Source: a bacterium (lineage in GTDB: Bacteria; UBA8248). Taken from it: a DNA stretch of 64,000 nucleotides. The position numbers and the translations under genes are program-made. The notes under the pieces were generated by a model. That model saw only the letters and a list, made by a program, of their open reading frames with translations, did not search any database and was not told the origin of the DNA. Numbering within the stretch: the first letter of the stretch is position 1; the number at the start of each line of letters is the position of its first letter. The stretch lies in assembly GCA_965221165.1 (NCBI GenBank), contig CBDCRP010000002.1, forward strand, positions 1,344,001 through 1,408,000, written 5' to 3'. Of the stretch, positions 60,170-64,000 are shown piece after piece.

Positions 60170-61348
60170 GTGAGTAGACCCCTTGAGGGCGTCAAGGTCT
60201 TGGACCTGACCCGCCTCGTATCGGGTGGCATGTACGGCATGCTGCTGGCCGATGCCGGCGCCGACGTAGTCAAGGTCGAAGTCCCGGGACGCGGAGATAC
60301 GCTGCGCGCGTGGAACCCGTACTGGTGGAAGGTCTATGGCCGGGGAAAACGATCCATCACGGTGGACCTCGGCAAACCAAGAGGGCAAGACCTCATCCGA
60401 AAGTTGGCAGTCCGGGCGGACGTTCTCGCCGAGAATTTCTTTGTGGGCAAGCTCGAAAGCTGGGGCCTGGGCCCGGATGAATTATGGGAGGTGAACCCGA
60501 GGCTCATCATCGTCCGGATATCCGGATGGGGACAAGACGGCCCTTATCGAGACAAGCCGGGCTTCGGCACCCTGGTGGAGGCGATGTCGGGCTTCGCCGA
60601 TATGAACGGATACCCCGATTCCCCTCCCCTGGCCGCGCCCCAGCCCCTGGCCGATATGACGGCGGCGCTCCAGGGCGTCGCCTCCACCATGTTCGCGCTC
60701 TATCATCGCGACGCTCTGGGAGGCGACAAGGGACAGGTTATCGACCTGGCGCTCTACGAACCGCTCTTCACGATGCTGGGTCCCCAGGCGGCCCGCTATC
60801 TCATCGACGGGCAAAAACGCCCCCGTCTGGGCAACCGCTCCGAAAACTCCGCGCCCAGAAACATCTATCCCACGAGCGACGGGAAGTGGGTGGCGATTTC
60901 CGCATCCACCCAGCCGATGTATGAGCGCCTCGCCCGCGCTCTGGGGCGTGAAGACCTCATCACCGACGAGCGATTCATGAACAACGAGGCGCGCGTCGTG
61001 AACCAGGACGAACTCGATAACATCGTGGCCGATGCGATAGGAAAGCATAGTTGTGATGAGAATATGGAGAGATTCAATGCGGGCGGCGTCACGGCGAGCC
61101 CCGTCTATGACATCGAAGACATTCTGGCAGATCCCCACTTTCAGGCGAGAAACCTGGTGCGCCATGTGCCGGACGCGGATTTCGGCTCCGTGCCCATGCA
61201 GGGCGCCTTTCCAAGGATGTCGGAAACGCCCCTCGACATCGCCTGGACGGGGCCGGCCCTGGGAGAGCATACCGAAAAAATACTCACCGAGTGGCTGGGT
61301 TTGGCGCCCCCGGAAATCGAGCGTCTTCGAAACGAGGACGTGGTGTAA
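60170..61348 (+). CDS. CaiB/BaiF family III CoA transferase
   Basis: PLEGVKVLDL, LLAD.GADVVKVE.PG.GD, ADVL.ENF, ISGWGQDGPY and P.LGEHT. Confidence 0.94.
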   Translation: MSRPLEGVKVLDLTRLVSGGMYGMLLADAGADVVKVEVPGRGDTLRAWNPYWWKVYGRGKRSITVDLGKPRGQDLIRKLAVRADVLAENFFVGKLESWGLGPDELWEVNPRLIIVRISGWGQDGPYRDKPGFGTLVEAMSGFADMNGYPDSPPLAAPQPLADMTAALQGVASTMFALYHRDALGGDKGQVIDLALYEPLFTMLGPQAARYLIDGQKRPRLGNRSENSAPRNIYPTSDGKWVAISASTQPMYERLARALGREDLITDERFMNNEARVVNQDELDNIVADAIGKHSCDENMERFNAGGVTASPVYDIEDILADPHFQARNLVRHVPDADFGSVPMQGAFPRMSETPLDIAWTGPALGEHTEKILTEWLGLAPPEIERLRNEDVV

Positions 61349-61350
61349 AA

Positions 61351-62193
61351 TTATCCCTTGGAAAACAGAACGACAGACCCGATGGCGAAGATGACCCCCA
61401 CCCCTTTTCTCGGCGTTAATTTCTCCTTGAGGAAGATGATGGCGAGCACCCCGGTCAACACGAAACTCAACTGGGCGATGGGCGCCACGACGACCGCCTC
61501 GCCATAGGTGAACCCCACGGCGATGGCCACATAACTCGAAGAGGTGAGAACGCCGCACACGAAGGGCACCCACAGCGGCACGCCGCGCCTGGGCAGTGGA
61601 TCTTTTTGCAGGAGCGCGAAGGGCACGGCCATGCAGAAGACGCCCACGCTTTGGGCGGCCGTCATCATGGCGGGTTTGGCGCCCATTCCGAGTCCCAGCT
61701 TATAGAGAAGCCCGATGACGCCGAACATGCACATGGCGCCAATGGCCAGGACGACGGAGCGCTTGTCTCCGACGGAGGCCGCCACGCCGCTGCCGCCCAA
61801 AATCACGGCGAGAGCCGCCAAGACCAGGGCGAGGCCCTTGATGAGGTTGACGCTCTCGCCCAGAAAAAAAATCGTCAGGGCGGCCGTTACCGCGAAATTC
61901 AGGCGGACGATCGGCACGAGCGCCACCGCCTCGCCACGCCGAAGGGCGAGCAAGACGAATAAAAACGCGGTGAACGCCAAAATACCGTTGATGAATCCAA
62001 AGGCGAGGCCCGGATTCCAGAGCAACTCCTCGCGATAATAGGCCAGGCCGAACGCGTTGGGCAGGTACGCCATGTTTTGCAGGAACATGAAGGGGCCGCT
62101 GCGCATCTCCCACTGCTGACCCCATTTATAGAGAAAGTCATTGACGCCGAGAAAACACAACGACATGAGCGCGAAGACGACTTCGGGCGGCAT
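61351..62193 (-). CDS. DMT/EamA family transporter
   Basis: Two repeats with G.A...VPI..L and FFLGE / FLKE. Confidence 0.88.
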   Translation of the reverse strand: MPPEVVFALMSLCFLGVNDFLYKWGQQWEMRSGPFMFLQNMAYLPNAFGLAYYREELLWNPGLAFGFINGILAFTAFLFVLLALRRGEAVALVPIVRLNFAVTAALTIFFLGESVNLIKGLALVLAALAVILGGSGVAASVGDKRSVVLAIGAMCMFGVIGLLYKLGLGMGAKPAMMTAAQSVGVFCMAVPFALLQKDPLPRRGVPLWVPFVCGVLTSSSYVAIAVGFTYGEAVVVAPIAQLSFVLTGVLAIIFLKEKLTPRKGVGVIFAIGSVVLFSKG

Positions 62194-62309
62194 ACGCGAC
62201 TCCCCGGCGCGGACATCCCTGCTCGCCACGCGCACCTCTTGGCTGATGGGGGGATTAAAGCGCCCTCGATTCTGAGAAACTCCAAAGGGCAGGCTTCAAA
62301 AACGAAAAA

Positions 62310-62338
62310 ATGATACGGCTCCCACCCCGGGGTGTCAA
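62310..62338 (-). promoter_or_regulatory. Near-consensus sigma70 promoter for the DMT gene
   Basis: Minus strand reads TTGACA-17 bp-TATCAT. Confidence 0.65.
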
Positions 62339-62503
62339 CGGGATGAATAGCGGCGGGATGCCCCCATTTTCCGTGATCCGACCGACTCGGCGTAACCCCC
62401 GGGGCGTAAAACATGCTATCTTGGAGCCGAGATTCCCATGAGGCCGTTGCAATCCGAAAACCTAAGTGTTTTTCTTTCATCTTTCACCTGAGGAGCCGGG
62501 GGG

Positions 62504-62968
62504 TTGAGTCGTGAATATCCGCTTCGCCCGATTGTCGGCGTAGGGGCGATCATCCTCGATAAGGAAAACGTCCTCATCGTCCGTCGGGGGCAACCTCCTA
62601 AAATGGGCGCCTGGAGCATTCCGGGTGGCGGCGTCCATTTGGGAGAAAACCTCGAACAAACCTGTATGCGAGAGGTCAAAGAAGAGACCGGCCTGGATGT
62701 GGAGATCCTCTCCGAGGGCCGGGTTTTGAACCGCGTCACCCGGGACGAATGGGAACGCGTGCAATTTCATTACGTGCTCATTGATTTTGTGTGCCGACCC
62801 ATCGGGGGGACGCTTCAGGCGGCGAGCGACATATCTGAAGCCAAGTGGGTTCCGTTAAGCGAGCTATCCAGCTTACGTCCGATGACGAGTGGAACGGCGG
62901 AATTTATACTAGAATCGGTCACCACGCTCAACCAATCATCCCACCGAAAAAGTTGGGAACCCACATGA
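62504..62968 (+). CDS. Nudix hydrolase
   Basis: Nudix box PGG.VHLGE......REVKEETGL. Confidence 0.93.
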   Translation: MSREYPLRPIVGVGAIILDKENVLIVRRGQPPKMGAWSIPGGGVHLGENLEQTCMREVKEETGLDVEILSEGRVLNRVTRDEWERVQFHYVLIDFVCRPIGGTLQAASDISEAKWVPLSELSSLRPMTSGTAEFILESVTTLNQSSHRKSWEPT

Positions 62969-63687
62969 AAGACGGCAGTGAAAAACAACCTTCGAATGAA
63001 CAACTCGCCGCTTTGTTTTTGCGTCTCGCCGCACGCGAACTCCAAACTCCCGCCTCTCACCTCAAAAGTAAGTTCCTCTCCCTGGCCGAGGAATCAGACC
63101 CCTGGAAGGCGCGTGAGGAGATTCAGGATTTATCCGAGAACATCCATCGCTTGAGCCGCCTCATCGACACACTCTCCGACGCCGCCGACATCGAAACGCA
63201 GCACGTAAGTCTGGAGAACGCCGAAATAAATCTCGCGCATCTTTTCAGCGAGCGCATCGGCAAGCGGCTGTGGAATTTTCCGTCGTTTCGGTTTTTACCC
63301 GAGATGCCGTCCCGGCTCGACATTTACGGAGACAGAACGAGACTCACCTTTCTCATCGACGACTTACTGGATGCAGCCATTCACATCGCGCCTGAGGGCG
63401 GCATCATCCACGCGCTTCTCGCGAAAGAAAATGATCGGATCGTTTTGTCGACCACCAACCGCGACGCTCAAATTACTTCTTTTTATTTCGATTCGTTCAT
63501 CGACTGGATGGCGAAAGACCTGGAGAATCCGGGTGCGCTTCGGGGGATCGGAATTGGCCTTTACCGAAGCTATCGAACCGCCCTTCTCCTGAACGGGCGG
63601 TTGGAACTCACAGCGACTCCCGAGGTCGGCGCATCCTTCACTGTCGAGTTTCCCTTTCATCAACCACAACGTTCCGATCTTCCATAG
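62965..63687 (+). CDS. Degenerate histidine kinase-like protein (HisKA + HATPase folds, no phosphoacceptor His)
   Basis: AARELQTP (H-box), RL.RLID.L, GD..RL..LI.DLL, GIGIGL and G..FTV.FP. ATGA overlap with the Nudix gene. Confidence 0.75.
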   Translation: MKDGSEKQPSNEQLAALFLRLAARELQTPASHLKSKFLSLAEESDPWKAREEIQDLSENIHRLSRLIDTLSDAADIETQHVSLENAEINLAHLFSERIGKRLWNFPSFRFLPEMPSRLDIYGDRTRLTFLIDDLLDAAIHIAPEGGIIHALLAKENDRIVLSTTNRDAQITSFYFDSFIDWMAKDLENPGALRGIGIGLYRSYRTALLLNGRLELTATPEVGASFTVEFPFHQPQRSDLP

Positions 63688-63699
63688 GAATCCATCTAC

Positions 63700-64000
63700 A
63701 TGACCGAGGAGAAGCGAATTTCCGAAGAAGCGCTCGTTCGTTTCGCCACGAAAATCATCATGGCCCTCGGAGCCAGCGAGGAGCGCGCCAAAGTGACGGC
63801 GGAAATCCTCGCGGCGGCGGATATGCGCGGAATATCGAGCCACGGCGTGGCGGGCGGCACGGGTTTGCGCGAACTCGTCGAACGCATCCGAAAAGACGCC
63901 ATCGACCCGAAAGTCACGCCGAGCGTCAAGCGAAATGAAAACTGGGCCGTCGCCACCATGGATGCGCAAGCCGGCATCGGCCCGGCGGCGGCGATGGATG
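63700..64000 (+). CDS. Ldh_2 family (malate/L-lactate/L-sulfolactate dehydrogenase-like) oxidoreductase, partial; not in the ORF track
   Basis: Manual translation MTEEKRISEEALVRFATKIIMALGASEERAKVTAEILAAADMRGISSHGV... contains the AD.RG..SHG signature. Confidence 0.88.
   Translation, partial: MTEEKRISEEALVRFATKIIMALGASEERAKVTAEILAAADMRGISSHGVAGGTGLRELVERIRKDAIDPKVTPSVKRNENWAVATMDAQAGIGPAAAMD

Noticed and set aside
63700-64000. Ldh_2 gene as ComC partner of the ComA-like gene
   Set aside because: It is over 40 kb away and partial, and the family has many other substrates.
1-64000. Many long antisense/alternate-frame ORFs (e.g. 2674-3942, 10384-11577, 27742-28848, 60482-61573); CRISPR arrays, IS elements, rRNA/tRNA
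   Set aside because: The shadow ORFs overlap well-supported genes and lack motifs, as expected from high-GC codon bias. I found no repeat-spacer arrays, transposases or structural RNA genes by eye.

Overview
A 64 kb gene-dense bacterial chromosomal segment, mostly GC-rich and probably from a diderm (TTT and TAXI-TRAP transporters, a BON lipoprotein). From left to right: (1) partial OsmC, a membrane alpha/beta hydrolase and uvrA. (2) A more AT-rich restriction-modification cassette (4.6-7.1 kb). (3) A catabolic-looking block (8.7-18.9 kb) that starts with a selenoprotein the ORF track splits in two (in-frame TGA in D-U-G-S-C plus a SECIS-like hairpin). It continues with its conserved partner gene, a Dpp/Opp-type ABC importer, an M20 deacylase and a Cys-less class V PLP enzyme. 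(4) An organosulfur block (19.3-34.6 kb): a ComA-like enzyme, two paralogous sulfotransferases that both have Asp at the conserved 3'-phosphate-binding Ser position, TTT and TAXI-TRAP importers, DUF3604-like and Ntn hydrolases, and an ATP sulfurylase without an APS kinase domain. (5) A phased A-tract spacer at about 35 kb. (6) A mixed housekeeping/metabolic region with ggt, an NDP-sugar synthase, an orphan XDH Mo subunit, PAC2, LLMs, typA, cyclophilin, an amidase, glyA, a tungsten AOR cluster, DMT transporters, LOG, an EEP nuclease, a CoA transferase, a Nudix hydrolase, a pseudo-histidine kinase and a partial Ldh_2 gene. I recognised no rRNA, tRNA, CRISPR array or transposase. All family calls come from motif recognition by eye, with no database searches.
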